Notes under the pieces: generated by a model
What the model was told of the DNA's origin: nothing
The model's input: only the letters and a program-made list of their open reading frames with translations
The model's database searches: none
Program-made: the position numbers and the translations under genes
Source of the DNA: Chloroflexota bacterium
GTDB taxonomy: Bacteria > Chloroflexota > Dehalococcoidia > UBA2979
Reading direction: 5' to 3'
Assembly: GCA_009840945.1 (NCBI GenBank)
Contig: VXMU01000052.1
Coordinates: 6,885-70,884, forward strand
Length of the DNA stretch: 64,000 bases
In this document: positions 52,390 to 62,580 of the stretch, piece after piece
Numbering within the stretch: position 1 is the first letter of the stretch
Layout of the letters: the number at the start of each line of letters is the position of its first letter

Positions 52390-54911
52390 GCCTGCGGCGT
52401 GTCCTGGCCCCGCACCTCGATGGGTGGTTCGGGCGGCGGCTGCGGCGGGACGCCCGGCTGCGGCGGCACGGCGATGCGAGCCGACGGGACGAGCGAGACG
52501 TCGACGCCCGGCGCGGCGGCGCCGCGCAGCGCCTCGGCGAAGCGGCGCAGCCGCGCCTGCACGCGGCCGAAGATCGTGTCGGGCGGGTACGCGCCGTCCT
52601 CGCCGGGCTCACCCGCGGGCACGCCCGTGAGCAGCTCGATCCCCTGCTCGATGCGCTCGATGGCCCAGACGTGGAACTCGCCGCGCTCGACCGCCTCGGC
52701 GACCTCGGGGCGGAGCACGACGTTCGGGACGTTCGAGGCGGGGATCATCACGCCCTGCGTGCCGTCGAGGCCGCGCGCGGCGCAGACCTCGTAGAAGCCC
52801 TCGATCTTCGCGGTCGCGCCGCCAATCGGCTGCACCTCGCCGCGCTGGTTGAGCGAGCCGGTGACGGCGACCGACTGGCGGATCGGCGCCTCGGCGAGCG
52901 CGGACAGGAGCGCGTACAGCTCCGTCGAGGAGGCGGAGTCGCCGTCGATGTCGTTGTAGAGCTGCTCGAACGTGAGGCTGGCGTGGAGCGCCATCGCCAT
53001 GTCCTGGCCGAAGCGGTCGGCGAGGAGGCCGCGCAGGATCAGGAAGCCCTTGTTGTGCGTCCGCCCGGCCATGTCGCTCTCGCGCTCGATGTTCACGATC
53101 GTGCCGCGCCCGGCGGAGACTACGCAGGTGATGCGCGAGGGACGCCCGAAGGTGAGGTCGCCGAGGTTGTAGACGGACAGCGCGTTGATCTGCCCGACCT
53201 CCTCGCCGGCGGTGTCGATGAAGACCGTGCCCTCCTCGATGAGCTGCTGCATGCGGTCCCGCACCAGCGAGGAGCGGTACTCGCTCTCCTCGAGCGCCCG
53301 CTCGACGTGGACGAGGTCGGCGACGCCGGTGCCGTCCTGCGCGGCCCAGTAGTCGGCCTGGCGCACGAGGTCCAGCAGCGCGCCGATGTTGCCGGAGAGC
53401 CGCCGCTGGTCCTCGACCTGCCGCGAGGAGTGCTCGATGAGCCGCGCGACGGCCTGGTCGGAAAAGCAGGCGAGCCCGGCGCGGTCGCACTGGCGGTGGA
53501 TGACCGAGGAGAGCCCGAGGATGTTCTCGCGGCTGCGCTCGAAGTCGACCTCGAAGTCCGCCTTCACCTTGAACAGCTCGCGGAAGTCCGCGTCGAGGCG
53601 GTACAGGTACGGGTACATCGAGGCATCCCCGATGATGACGACCTTCACGTCGAGCGGCATCGGCTCCGGGCGCAGCCCGGCGGTGGGGATGAGGCCGAGC
53701 GCCTGTTGCAGGCTCTCGATCGTGAGTTCGCCGGAGTGCAGCGCGCGCTTGAGCCCCTCGTAGGCCGCGCCGTTGGTGAGCAGGTCGCGCATCCGCACCA
53801 TCAGGTAGCCGCCGTGGGCCCGTCCCAGCGATCCCGTGCGGATCATCGTGTGGTCCGTGACGACCATCCCCGCCTGCCCGACGTACTCGATGCGCCCGAG
53901 GAGGTTCTGGTACGTCGGGTTCGTCTCGACGATCACCGGTGCACCCGCGCCCGCGTCGTTGGTGATGAGCGCGTTGACCTGGTAGCGGCGGAGCAGCGCC
54001 TCGCGCTGCTGGTCGGTGTCCGCTCCGCCCGGGCGCTGGCCCTGCGCCGGGGCGCGCAGGCGGTCGCGCTCGCGCACGAGGTCCGCCTGCACGGCGGCGA
54101 GGAACGCGCTCACGTCGTCGCGGTCCGGGAAGAGCTGCTGCACCGTCCCGAAGCGCTCCTCGACCGCCTCGCGCGCGACATCCTCGTCGAGGCGCACGAG
54201 GGCGTCGCGCGCCTCCCGCTCCAGGCCGCGGATCTCCAGCAGCGTGTCCTGCACGACCGGTTCGAGTTCCTCGCGCGCGCGCCGCATCGTCTCGTCGCGT
54301 TGCTCGTCCGGGAGCGCGGCGAACTCCTCGTCCGAGGCGGCCCGGCCATCGATCAGCGGCGCCGACATGACCCCCTGTGGCGTCATCTGCAGCGCGAAGC
54401 CCATCTCCGACGCGCGGCGCTGCAGCGCCTGGATCAGCTCGCCCCGGCGCTGCTCCGAGCCGCCGCCCACGTCCGCCCGGCGGCGCACGTACGCGTCCGA
54501 CTCGAACGCCTCGCGCACGTCCTCGACCGCGCGCTCGACGGTGCGTCGCACGAGGGCGGCGAATCCGGTCGCGCCGCCGGCGGGCAGCTCGAGGCCGACG
54601 GGGCGGTCGGGGTCCTCGAAGTTGCGGACGTAGACCCAGTCCGGGGGCGCGGGCTCCATCTCCGCGCGGCGGCGCAGCAGCGCCTCGATGATCGAGGACT
54701 TGCCGATGCCGTCGGGACCCGAGGCGTAGAGGTTGTAGCCGCGCGCTTTCATGCCGAGCGAAAACTCGATGGAGCGGACGGCGCGCTCCTGCCCGAAGAC
54801 GGCCTCCACGGCGTGGAGCTCCTCGGTGCTCGCGAACGGCAGATCGTCCGCGTCACAGCGGGCCGTGAGGTCCTCGACGCCGACTTCGAGGGCGCCCATC
54901 GGCTCGTTCAT
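52386..54911 (-). CDS. Lon-related ATP-dependent protease (AAA+ module plus C-terminal S16 peptidase domain; COG1067-like)
   Basis: Walker A YASGPDGIGKSSI, AAA+ body, C-terminal Lon-like proteolytic domain (...DIDGDSASSTELYALLSALAEAPIRQSVAVTGSLNQRGEVQPIGGATAKIEG...), Pro-rich tail. Start taken at ATG 54911 with GGAGGGG SD; the ORF extends a further 37 codons upstream. Confidence 0.75.
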   Translation of the reverse strand: MNEPMGALEVGVEDLTARCDADDLPFASTEELHAVEAVFGQERAVRSIEFSLGMKARGYNLYASGPDGIGKSSIIEALLRRRAEMEPAPPDWVYVRNFEDPDRPVGLELPAGGATGFAALVRRTVERAVEDVREAFESDAYVRRRADVGGGSEQRRGELIQALQRRASEMGFALQMTPQGVMSAPLIDGRAASDEEFAALPDEQRDETMRRAREELEPVVQDTLLEIRGLEREARDALVRLDEDVAREAVEERFGTVQQLFPDRDDVSAFLAAVQADLVRERDRLRAPAQGQRPGGADTDQQREALLRRYQVNALITNDAGAGAPVIVETNPTYQNLLGRIEYVGQAGMVVTDHTMIRTGSLGRAHGGYLMVRMRDLLTNGAAYEGLKRALHSGELTIESLQQALGLIPTAGLRPEPMPLDVKVVIIGDASMYPYLYRLDADFRELFKVKADFEVDFERSRENILGLSSVIHRQCDRAGLACFSDQAVARLIEHSSRQVEDQRRLSGNIGALLDLVRQADYWAAQDGTGVADLVHVERALEESEYRSSLVRDRMQQLIEEGTVFIDTAGEEVGQINALSVYNLGDLTFGRPSRITCVVSAGRGTIVNIERESDMAGRTHNKGFLILRGLLADRFGQDMAMALHASLTFEQLYNDIDGDSASSTELYALLSALAEAPIRQSVAVTGSLNQRGEVQPIGGATAKIEGFYEVCAARGLDGTQGVMIPASNVPNVVLRPEVAEAVERGEFHVWAIERIEQGIELLTGVPAGEPGEDGAYPPDTIFGRVQARLRRFAEALRGAAAPGVDVSLVPSARIAVPPQPGVPPQPPPEPPIEVRGQDTPQA

Positions 54912-55036
54912 CGCGTGTCCCCTCCGGCTCGGCCGCGGCGAACGGTGGTGGTCAGTCGAGCGTAGCACGCTCCCGGCTGTGCGCCGTGCTAGCATCCCGC
55001 GGTCGATACGGCGGGCGATCACGAAAGGATCGATGC

Positions 55037-56023
55037 ATGCGTGCGGCCGTGATCAGCGAGCCAGGCGATCCCGACGTCTTCGAGATCCGGGAGCTTCCCG
55101 ACCCGGAGCCCGGGCCCGAGGAGATCCTCGTCTCCGTCCACGCCAGCGCGCTCAACCGCGCCGACCTCATGCAGCGCCGAGGGGGGTACCCTGCCCCGCC
55201 CGGCATCCGTGGCGACGTGCCCGGGCTGGAGATGGCGGGCGTCGTCGAGGCCGCCGGCGACCGCGTCACGGCGTGGGAGGTCGGCGACCGCGTGATGGCG
55301 CTGCTCGGCGGCGCCGGGTACGCCTCGAAGGTCACGGTCCACGAGCGCCAGGTCATGGCGGTCCCGGACGGCCTCGGCTTCGACGAGGCCGCGGCGATCC
55401 CCGAGGTGTACCTGACCGCGTTCGACGCGCTCTTCCAGCACTGCGAGCTGCTGCCGGGCGAGAACGTGCTCGTCCACGCCGCCGGATCGGGCGTCGGCAC
55501 GGCTGCCGTGCAGCTCGCCGCGGTCTCCGGCTGCCGGGTCTACGGCACCGCGGGCAGCGAGGAGAAGCTCGCCAAGGCCGCCGACCTCGGCCTCGATGTC
55601 GGCATCAACTACAACGACAGCGACTTCGCCGAGGTCATCGCGGAGGACACCGGCGGCGCCGGCGTCAACGTCATCCTCGACGTCATCGGCGCGCCCTACT
55701 GGGAGCGCAACCTCGCCTCGCTCGCCGTGCGCGGGCGCATGGTGCTCGTCGGGACGATGGGCGGCGGCCGGCTCGAGACGAACCTCGGCCTGCTCATGGG
55801 CAAGCGCCTGCGCGTACACGGCACGGTGCTGCGCGCCCGCCCACTCGAGGAGAAGGCGGCGCTCACCCAGATCTTCGCACGGCGTCACCTCCAGCACTTC
55901 GCCTCGAGCCGCCTCGTCTCCGTGGTCGACCGCGTCTACCCGCTCGAGGAGGTGGGCGAGGCGCACCGCTACATGGAGAGCAACGCCAACTTCGGCAAGA
56001 TCGTCCTCCACATCGCGGACTGA
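55037..56023 (+). CDS. NADPH:quinone oxidoreductase (zinc-independent MDR family, Qor-like)
   Basis: MDR fold; nucleotide motif VHAAGSGVGTAAVQLA. 328 aa. Confidence 0.85.
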   Translation: MRAAVISEPGDPDVFEIRELPDPEPGPEEILVSVHASALNRADLMQRRGGYPAPPGIRGDVPGLEMAGVVEAAGDRVTAWEVGDRVMALLGGAGYASKVTVHERQVMAVPDGLGFDEAAAIPEVYLTAFDALFQHCELLPGENVLVHAAGSGVGTAAVQLAAVSGCRVYGTAGSEEKLAKAADLGLDVGINYNDSDFAEVIAEDTGGAGVNVILDVIGAPYWERNLASLAVRGRMVLVGTMGGGRLETNLGLLMGKRLRVHGTVLRARPLEEKAALTQIFARRHLQHFASSRLVSVVDRVYPLEEVGEAHRYMESNANFGKIVLHIAD

Positions 56024-56026
56024 GCC

Positions 56027-57148
56027 ATGCCCACCCCGCGCGGCCTCGCCCCAGCCGGACGCGCGAGCGTCGAGGCCGTCGCGCGCCGCCACCTCGACGA
56101 CGGCCTGCACACCGGCGCGCAGCTCGCCGTCTACCGCGACGGCGAGTTGCAGGTCGACCTGCGGATCGGCTCGGCCTCGGCGCCGGAGGCGAGGATGCTG
56201 TGGTTCTCCGCCACGAAGCCCCTCGCCGCCGTCTCGGTGCTCATGCTCGCCGAGCGCGGCGCGCTCGACCTCGACGCACCGATCGCCGAGCTGTGGCCTG
56301 AGTTCGGCGCGGGCGGCAAGCAGGCGTGCACCGTCCGCCACGTCCTCACGCACCGCGGCGGCTTCCCCGTCTTCCCGTGGGAGTACGACTGGGAGCACAT
56401 CGACGACTGGGACGCGGTCTGCGCGGTGACCGCCGCCATGGAGGCGGCGTGGGCGCCCGGCGAGGACACGGGCTACCACCCGGTGACCTACGGCTTCGCC
56501 CTCGGCGAGGTCATCCGCCGCGTCGACGGCCGCGCGCCGCGCGACTTCCTCCGCGACGAGGTCTTCGGGCCGCTCGGCATGGACGCCTCGCTCGGCATCG
56601 AGGACGCGCGGCAGCCGGACGTGGTGACCGTCGAGGCGATGTCCGAGGTCACGATGCTCGACCCCACGGGGAGCGAGCGGCGTACCTCGGACATCGTGCG
56701 GCGCTTCCGCCTGCCCTCGACGCTGCGCGCGCAGATGCCCGCCGCGAACGCGATCGGCAGCGCCGAAGCCCTCGCTCGCTTCTACGACGCGATGCTCGAC
56801 GCTCGCAGCCCCCGGGACGCCTCGACGCGCCCGCGCCTGCTGTCCGCCGAGGTGGCGACGCAGGCGACGACGCGCCAGTGGCGGACGGACTTCGACCGGA
56901 CGTTCATGCTGCCGGCGTCGTACGGCCTCGGCTTCCTCGTCGGCGGGGTGATGGAGCCGTACAACCAGCCCGACGTCTTCGGCCACAGCGGCCAGCAGTC
57001 CACCATCGGGTACGCCGACCCCGAGCGCGGCCTCGCCGTCGCGTACGTCACCAACGGCCTGCACGGGCCGCTCGAGGTGCAGATGCGCTACAGCGACGTC
57101 GCGCTCGCGGTCATCGCCGCGTGCGAGGAGGCGGACCGCGCGGGTTGA
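56027..57148 (+). CDS. Serine hydrolase of the beta-lactamase/esterase (class C-like) family
   Basis: S-x-x-K motif FSATKP; 373 aa of beta-lactamase-related fold. Confidence 0.8.
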   Translation: MPTPRGLAPAGRASVEAVARRHLDDGLHTGAQLAVYRDGELQVDLRIGSASAPEARMLWFSATKPLAAVSVLMLAERGALDLDAPIAELWPEFGAGGKQACTVRHVLTHRGGFPVFPWEYDWEHIDDWDAVCAVTAAMEAAWAPGEDTGYHPVTYGFALGEVIRRVDGRAPRDFLRDEVFGPLGMDASLGIEDARQPDVVTVEAMSEVTMLDPTGSERRTSDIVRRFRLPSTLRAQMPAANAIGSAEALARFYDAMLDARSPRDASTRPRLLSAEVATQATTRQWRTDFDRTFMLPASYGLGFLVGGVMEPYNQPDVFGHSGQQSTIGYADPERGLAVAYVTNGLHGPLEVQMRYSDVALAVIAACEEADRAG

Positions 57149-57151
57149 GCG

Positions 57152-57412
57152 CTACTGGCGACGGCCGCGCTGCCGGCGTCGACGCCGCCGGCGCTGGGCG
57201 TGGCCGGGCCGCGAGGTCGTCGGTGCGGTGGGCTGCGGGGGCGGGACTTCCTTCGGTTCGCCGACGATCTTGCGGGAGATCCACCGCGAGAGCTGGAGCG
57301 ACCAGAAGCTGGCGGTCACGAAGAGCGGCATCGAGATCGCGACCGTCAGCCAGTCTCCCCCGCTGGACGCGAACGAGATCACGCCCGCGACAAGCGAGAG
57401 CACCACGGTCAT
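57152..57412 (-). CDS. Hypothetical small membrane protein with Arg-rich C-terminus
   Basis: 86 aa: MTVVLSLVAGVISFASSGGDWLTVAISMPLFVTASFWSLQLSRWISRK...RRRRRRRQRGRRQ. No family recognised; could be spurious. Confidence 0.3.
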   Translation of the reverse strand: MTVVLSLVAGVISFASSGGDWLTVAISMPLFVTASFWSLQLSRWISRKIVGEPKEVPPPQPTAPTTSRPGHAQRRRRRRRQRGRRQ

Positions 57413-57517
57413 CACCAGGATCTGACGGTCCAGCACCCCGGCAGTATGCCACCACGGGCCGCGCTGACGCCGCCGCCTCGCGGCACTGGTAGCCTCGCGC
57501 GCACCTATACTGGGGCC

Positions 57518-58936
57518 GTGACTGAAGCTGGATTCGACGACGCCTCGCAGCGCGCTTCGACGCCGCGCGCCACCGACTCGCCCGGTCTGCCCGACCGCGC
57601 CGAGGACGCCCCGACCCGACCTGCGGACGCGGCGGAGGGCCGCTTCCACGTCGTCGAGCTGCCGGAGCGCTTCGACCCGCGCGTGCTGCTCAATGGCGCG
57701 ACGGCCTCGACAGTGAGCGCGTATTACGAGCGCCCCGACCAGGACCTCGTGCTCGCGGGCATCGGCGTGGCCGCGCGCGTCGTCGCGCCACCCGGACGCG
57801 GCGCGACCGCGCTGCGCGAGCCCGCCCGAAAGCTCCTCGACGCGTGGGACGGCTCGGCGAAGCAGGTGCTGCGGCCGCGGCTGCTCGGCGGCTTTGCGTT
57901 CGACGACGCCGCGACGGGCAGCGCGCACTGGGCGGGGTTCGACGCCGGCTGGCTGCTGCTGCCACGCATGCTGTTCATCCGCGAGCGCGGCGTCAGCGGC
58001 GTGGTGCTGGCCCCGGACACGGACCGCGAGGACCTCTACACGCTCCTCGCCGACCTCGCCGCGCGCGACCCGGCCGAGCGCGAGGCGCCGGTCGCCGACG
58101 CGACGCAGCTGCGCGTGCTGTGGGACGTGAACCGCCCGGCCCTGCTCATGGCCGTCGCCAGCGTCGCGGCGGACATCCGCTCCGGCGCCTACGAGAAGGC
58201 CGTGTTGGCCGCCACGCGCGAGATGGAGGCCGAACGCCCCATCGAGCCCGGCGTCGCGCTGGCCCGCCTGCGCGAGGGCTACCCGATGTGCCACCTCTTC
58301 AGCTACCGCGCGGGCGACGGCATCTTCCTCGGGGCGAGCCCCGAGCAGCTCGCCGGTCTTCGCGACGGGCGCATCACCACGCTCGGCCTCGCGGGCTCGA
58401 TCCGCCGCGGGCAGACACCCGAGGAGGACGAAGAGCTGGGGGACGCGCTGCTCAACAGCGTCAAGGACCGCATCGAGCACACCATCGTCGTGCGCGCGCT
58501 GCGCGAGGGCCTGGACGAGCTCGGCACCGGCCTGCACGCGCCCAACCAGCCCGAGCTGCTCCGCCTCTTCAACATCCAGCACCTGGCGACCCAGGTGACC
58601 GCCGAGGCGCGTTCCGGCGTCGACGTGCTCGACGTCGTCGAGCGCCTGCACCCGACGCCGGCCGTCGGCGGCTGGCCGACCCCGATGGCGCGCGCCGTCA
58701 TCGGGCACTACGAGCGCTTCGACCGCGGCTGGTATGCGGGGCCGGTGGGGTGGATCGACGCGGCCGGCGAGGGCGAGTTCGCCGTCGGACTGCGCTCCGC
58801 GCTCGTGCGCGGCGCGCGCGCGTGGCTCTTCGCGGGCGCGGGCATCATGGGCGACTCAGACCCCGAGGCCGAGCTGGCCGAGATCGAGCTGAAGTTCCGG
58901 CCCCTCACCACCGCCCTCGGCGGGGGCCAGCTGTGA
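57518..58936 (+). CDS. menF: Isochorismate synthase (menaquinone-specific)
   Basis: Chorismate-binding C-terminal domain (…GAGIMGDSDPEAELAEIELKF…). First gene of the men operon. GTG start uncertain. Confidence 0.8.
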   Translation: MTEAGFDDASQRASTPRATDSPGLPDRAEDAPTRPADAAEGRFHVVELPERFDPRVLLNGATASTVSAYYERPDQDLVLAGIGVAARVVAPPGRGATALREPARKLLDAWDGSAKQVLRPRLLGGFAFDDAATGSAHWAGFDAGWLLLPRMLFIRERGVSGVVLAPDTDREDLYTLLADLAARDPAEREAPVADATQLRVLWDVNRPALLMAVASVAADIRSGAYEKAVLAATREMEAERPIEPGVALARLREGYPMCHLFSYRAGDGIFLGASPEQLAGLRDGRITTLGLAGSIRRGQTPEEDEELGDALLNSVKDRIEHTIVVRALREGLDELGTGLHAPNQPELLRLFNIQHLATQVTAEARSGVDVLDVVERLHPTPAVGGWPTPMARAVIGHYERFDRGWYAGPVGWIDAAGEGEFAVGLRSALVRGARAWLFAGAGIMGDSDPEAELAEIELKFRPLTTALGGGQL

Positions 58937-60846
58937 CCACCGACGACGGGGCGAACGCGCTCTACCGCTACATCGGCGCCTTCACGGCCCAGCTTGCGCG
59001 CAGCGGCGTTGGCCACGCGGTGATCGCGCCCGGCTCGCGCTCCACCCCGCTCACGCTCGGGCTCGACCGCCACCCCTCGATCAAGACGTGGCTGCACGTC
59101 GACGAACGTGCGGCCGGCTACTTCGCGCTCGGCCTGGCGCGCCAGCTCAACGCACCCGTCGCGATCGTGACGACCTCCGGGACGGCTTCGGCCAACCTCC
59201 TCCCCTCCATCGTCGAGGCGTCCCTGTCACGCATCCCCCTCGTCGCGCTCACGGCGGACCGGCCGCCCGAGCTGCGCGACATCGGAGCCAACCAGACCAT
59301 CGACCAGACGGGGCTGTTCGGGAGCCACGCCCGGTGGGCCGTCGAGCTCCCGGTCACCGACGGCAGCGCAGCGCTGGAGGCGTACGCGCGGAGCATCGCG
59401 GCGCGCGCCGTGGCCTCAGCCGCCGAGGCGCCCGCGGGGCCGGTCCACGTCAACGTGCCGCTCCGCGAGCCGCTCATCGGGGCCGGCTGGCAGCGTGCAT
59501 TCGACGAGGGCGCCGCGACGGCGTCCCTGGACGTGCTGCCGAACCCGGTCACGCCGTTCGAGCAGCCCGCGCCCCGGCGGCCATACGCGCCGGTGCTCAC
59601 GCCGCAGATCAAGCGCCCCCACGAGCACGCCCGCGCCGCGGCAGCGCGGCTGGTCGGGCCGATCCTCGGACGCCGCGGGATCATCGTCTGCGGCCCGGAG
59701 TCGGCGGGCCTGCCCGCCGAGGCCATCGACACCCTCGCGCGCACGCTCGGCTGGCCGATCCTCGCCGACCCGCTCTCCGGCGTCCGCACGGGCCGCCACA
59801 GCATGGTGCGGGTGATCGACACCTACGACGCGCTGCTGCGCTCCCCGCGCTTCGCCGCTCGGGCCGCGCCCGAGGTGGTCCTGCGCTTCGGCGCCGCGCC
59901 GACGTCGAAGGTGCTCAACCAGTTCCTCGCCTCGCTGGACGGGGTGCCGCAGTTCGTCGTCGACGTGGCGGGCGGATGGCGCGACCCGGACGCGGTCGCG
60001 TCCGTGATGCTGCGCGCCGAGCCGCACGGGCTGTGTGACGCGGTGGTCGAGGCCCTCGGCGCGCGACGGCCATCGGCGTTCACCGGGGCCGCCAACGACC
60101 CGGCCCGCGTCGGCGCGCCGTACCACGCCGACTCCTCGTGGCTGCAGTTCTGGACCGGCGCGAACAGCACCGCGCGCGCGGCCCTGGACCAGATGCTGCG
60201 CGACACCTCCGAGCCGTTCGAGGGGTACGCGCCCGTGGCGCTCGCGAGCGCGCTGCGCGACGTCAGCACGGTGGTCCTCGGCAACTCGATGATCATCCGC
60301 GATGCCGACTCGTTCATGTGGGGCCAGCCCCGCGCGCTGCGCTTCCTCGGCACCCGCGGCGCCTCGGGCATCGACGGCGTCGTGTCTACGGCCGTGGGGG
60401 CCGCCGCGGCGGGGCTGGGTCCTGTCGCCGCGCTGGTCGGCGACCTCTCGTTCCTGCACGACCTCAACGGGCTGTGGGCGCTGCGCCGCCACCACCTCTC
60501 GCTCCTCGTGGCGCTGGTCAACAACGACGGCGGCGGCATCTTCCACTTCCTCCCGCAGGCCGACCACGCCCCCGCGGAGTTCGAGGAGTGGTTCGGCACG
60601 CCGCACGGGCTCGACTTCTCCGGCGCCATCGGCACCTTCGGCGGGCGCCTCGTGCGCCCCGAGCCGAGCGAGTGGCTGGACGCGCTGCGCAGCGCCGCGA
60701 ACCTGCCCGGTCTCACCGTGGTCGAGCTGCGCACCGACCGCGAGCGCAACGTCGCGCTGCACCGCGAGGCGTGGGAGCGCGTCGACGCCGCCCTGCGCGA
60801 CGCCGAGGCCGAGCCCACCCCGCCGGCCGCGGCCGGCGCGCGGTAG
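58933..60846 (+). CDS. menD: 2-succinyl-5-enolpyruvyl-6-hydroxy-3-cyclohexene-1-carboxylate (SEPHCHC) synthase
   Basis: TPP-dependent enzyme (...VTTSGTASANLLPSIVEASLSRIPLVALTADRPPELR...). Start overlaps the menF stop (GTGA). Confidence 0.85.
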   Translation: MTTDDGANALYRYIGAFTAQLARSGVGHAVIAPGSRSTPLTLGLDRHPSIKTWLHVDERAAGYFALGLARQLNAPVAIVTTSGTASANLLPSIVEASLSRIPLVALTADRPPELRDIGANQTIDQTGLFGSHARWAVELPVTDGSAALEAYARSIAARAVASAAEAPAGPVHVNVPLREPLIGAGWQRAFDEGAATASLDVLPNPVTPFEQPAPRRPYAPVLTPQIKRPHEHARAAAARLVGPILGRRGIIVCGPESAGLPAEAIDTLARTLGWPILADPLSGVRTGRHSMVRVIDTYDALLRSPRFAARAAPEVVLRFGAAPTSKVLNQFLASLDGVPQFVVDVAGGWRDPDAVASVMLRAEPHGLCDAVVEALGARRPSAFTGAANDPARVGAPYHADSSWLQFWTGANSTARAALDQMLRDTSEPFEGYAPVALASALRDVSTVVLGNSMIIRDADSFMWGQPRALRFLGTRGASGIDGVVSTAVGAAAAGLGPVAALVGDLSFLHDLNGLWALRRHHLSLLVALVNNDGGGIFHFLPQADHAPAEFEEWFGTPHGLDFSGAIGTFGGRLVRPEPSEWLDALRSAANLPGLTVVELRTDRERNVALHREAWERVDAALRDAEAEPTPPAAAGAR

Positions 60847-60851
60847 CGCCG

Positions 60852-61694
60852 ATGCCCCGCTTCGACGTCGACGGGCTCGCGCTGCACGCCGACGTGGCGG
60901 GCTCCGGGCCGCCGCTCGTGCTGCTGCACGGCTTCACCGGCGCCGCCGACACCTGGGCCGGCCTGACGGCGGACCTCGCCGAGGACTACACGGTGATCGC
61001 ACCCGACCTCGTGGGCCACGGACGCTCCGACGCCCCCGCCGGCGTCGAGCGCTACCGCATGCCGCGCGCCGCGAGCGACCTCGTCGCACTCGTGCGCCGG
61101 CTTGGCCACGACCGGGCGGCGTGGCTCGGCTACTCGCTCGGCGGGCGCACGGCGCTCCAGGTGGTCGCGCAGCACCCGGACGCCGTCGAGGCGCTGGTGC
61201 TGGAGGGCGCCTCGCCCGGCATCGCGGACCCTGAGGAGCGCGCGGCGCGCGTCCGCAACGACGAGGCGATGGCGGACCGCATCGAGCGCGACGGGGTGGA
61301 GGCGTTCGTCGACACCTGGGAGCAGGTGCCGCTCTTCGCCACGCAGCTATCGCTGCCCGCCGAGACCCGCGCGGCGATCCGCGCGACGCGCACGGCGAAC
61401 ACGACCACGGGGCTCGCCAACTCGCTGCGCGGGATGGGCGCGGGCGCGCAGGATCCGCTCCAGGACCGCGTCGGCGCGATCGATGTGCCGACGCTCCTGG
61501 TCGCGGGCGAGCTGGACACGAAGTACGTGGAGATCGCGCGGGATATGGCGCGCACGATGCCGGACGCTACGATGCATGCGATCGAGGGCGCAGGGCACGC
61601 CGCCCACCTCGAGCGTCCCGAGGCGTTCCGGCGCCCGCTGCTCGAGTTCCTCCGCCGCGCCTACCCGGGCGCACGCGCGGCGGCACGGGCCTGA
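60852..61694 (+). CDS. menH: 2-succinyl-6-hydroxy-2,4-cyclohexadiene-1-carboxylate (SHCHC) synthase, alpha/beta hydrolase
   Basis: [14 protein letters not shown] and GYSLGGR nucleophile elbow. Lies between menD and menB. Confidence 0.75.
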   Translation: MPRFDVDGLALHADVAGSGPPLVLLHGFTGAADTWAGLTADLAEDYTVIAPDLVGHGRSDAPAGVERYRMPRAASDLVALVRRLGHDRAAWLGYSLGGRTALQVVAQHPDAVEALVLEGASPGIADPEERAARVRNDEAMADRIERDGVEAFVDTWEQVPLFATQLSLPAETRAAIRATRTANTTTGLANSLRGMGAGAQDPLQDRVGAIDVPTLLVAGELDTKYVEIARDMARTMPDATMHAIEGAGHAAHLERPEAFRRPLLEFLRRAYPGARAAARA

Positions 61695-61720
61695 CACGCG
61701 AAGACGGAGTGGAGACCACG

Positions 61721-62557
61721 ATGACGACGGAGGCCACCCAGACCATCGAGTGGGAGCAGATCGGCGACCACAGCGACATCTACTACCACAAGGCCGAGGG
61801 CATCGCGAAGATCACGATGAACCGGCCGGAGGTGCTCAACGCCTTCCGCCCCCAGACCCTGGACCAGATGGCGTGGGCGTTCGAGGACGCCCACATGGAC
61901 CCCGACATCGGGGTCGTGCTGCTCACCGGTGTGGGCCAGCGCGCCTTCTGCACCGGCGGCGACCAGCGCGTCCGCGGCGAGGGCGGCTACATCGGCGACG
62001 ACGGCATCCCCACGCTCAACGTGCTGCCGCTGCAGCGCTACATCCGCTCGATGCCGAAGCCGGTGATCGCGCTGATCAACGGCTACGCCATCGGCGGCGG
62101 CCACGTCCTGCACGTGGTCTGCGACCTCTCGATCGCCTCCGAGACGGCGCGCCTCGGCCAGGTCGGCCCGCGCGTCGGCTCGTTCGACGCCGGCCTGGGC
62201 GCGGCACAGCTCGCGCGCATCGTCGGGCACAAGAAGGCCCGCGAGATCTGGTACCTCTGCCGCCAGTACAGCGCGCAGGAGGCGATGGAGATGGGCCTCG
62301 TGAACGCCGTGGTCCCGCCCGACCAGCTCGAGGCCGAGGGCGTGCAGTGGGCGCGCGAGATCCTCGCGCATAGCCCGACCGCCATCCGCTTCATGAAGAT
62401 GGGCTTCCTCGCCGACACCGACGGCATCGTCGGCCTGCAGCAGATCGCGGGCGACGCGACCTCGCTGTTCTACCGCACCGACGAGGGCAAGGAGGGCCGC
62501 AACGCCTTCCTGGAGAAGCGCACGCCGGACTTCAAGCAGTTCCCGCGCCTGCCCTGA
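61721..62557 (+). CDS. menB: 1,4-dihydroxy-2-naphthoyl-CoA synthase
   Basis: Crotonase fold with MenB-specific regions ([22 protein letters not shown]...[11 protein letters not shown]...). GGAGTGGAG SD. Confidence 0.9.
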   Translation: MTTEATQTIEWEQIGDHSDIYYHKAEGIAKITMNRPEVLNAFRPQTLDQMAWAFEDAHMDPDIGVVLLTGVGQRAFCTGGDQRVRGEGGYIGDDGIPTLNVLPLQRYIRSMPKPVIALINGYAIGGGHVLHVVCDLSIASETARLGQVGPRVGSFDAGLGAAQLARIVGHKKAREIWYLCRQYSAQEAMEMGLVNAVVPPDQLEAEGVQWAREILAHSPTAIRFMKMGFLADTDGIVGLQQIAGDATSLFYRTDEGKEGRNAFLEKRTPDFKQFPRLP

Positions 62558-62580
62558 GCGCGCCCGCCGGGGACGACGCG

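Noticed and set aside
54912-55022. N-terminal 37-codon extension of the Lon-like ORF (MIARRIDRGMLARRT...)
   Set aside because: It runs through the divergent promoter region and is Arg-rich low complexity. The internal ATG at 54911 has a strong GGAGGGG SD, so the shorter start was preferred.
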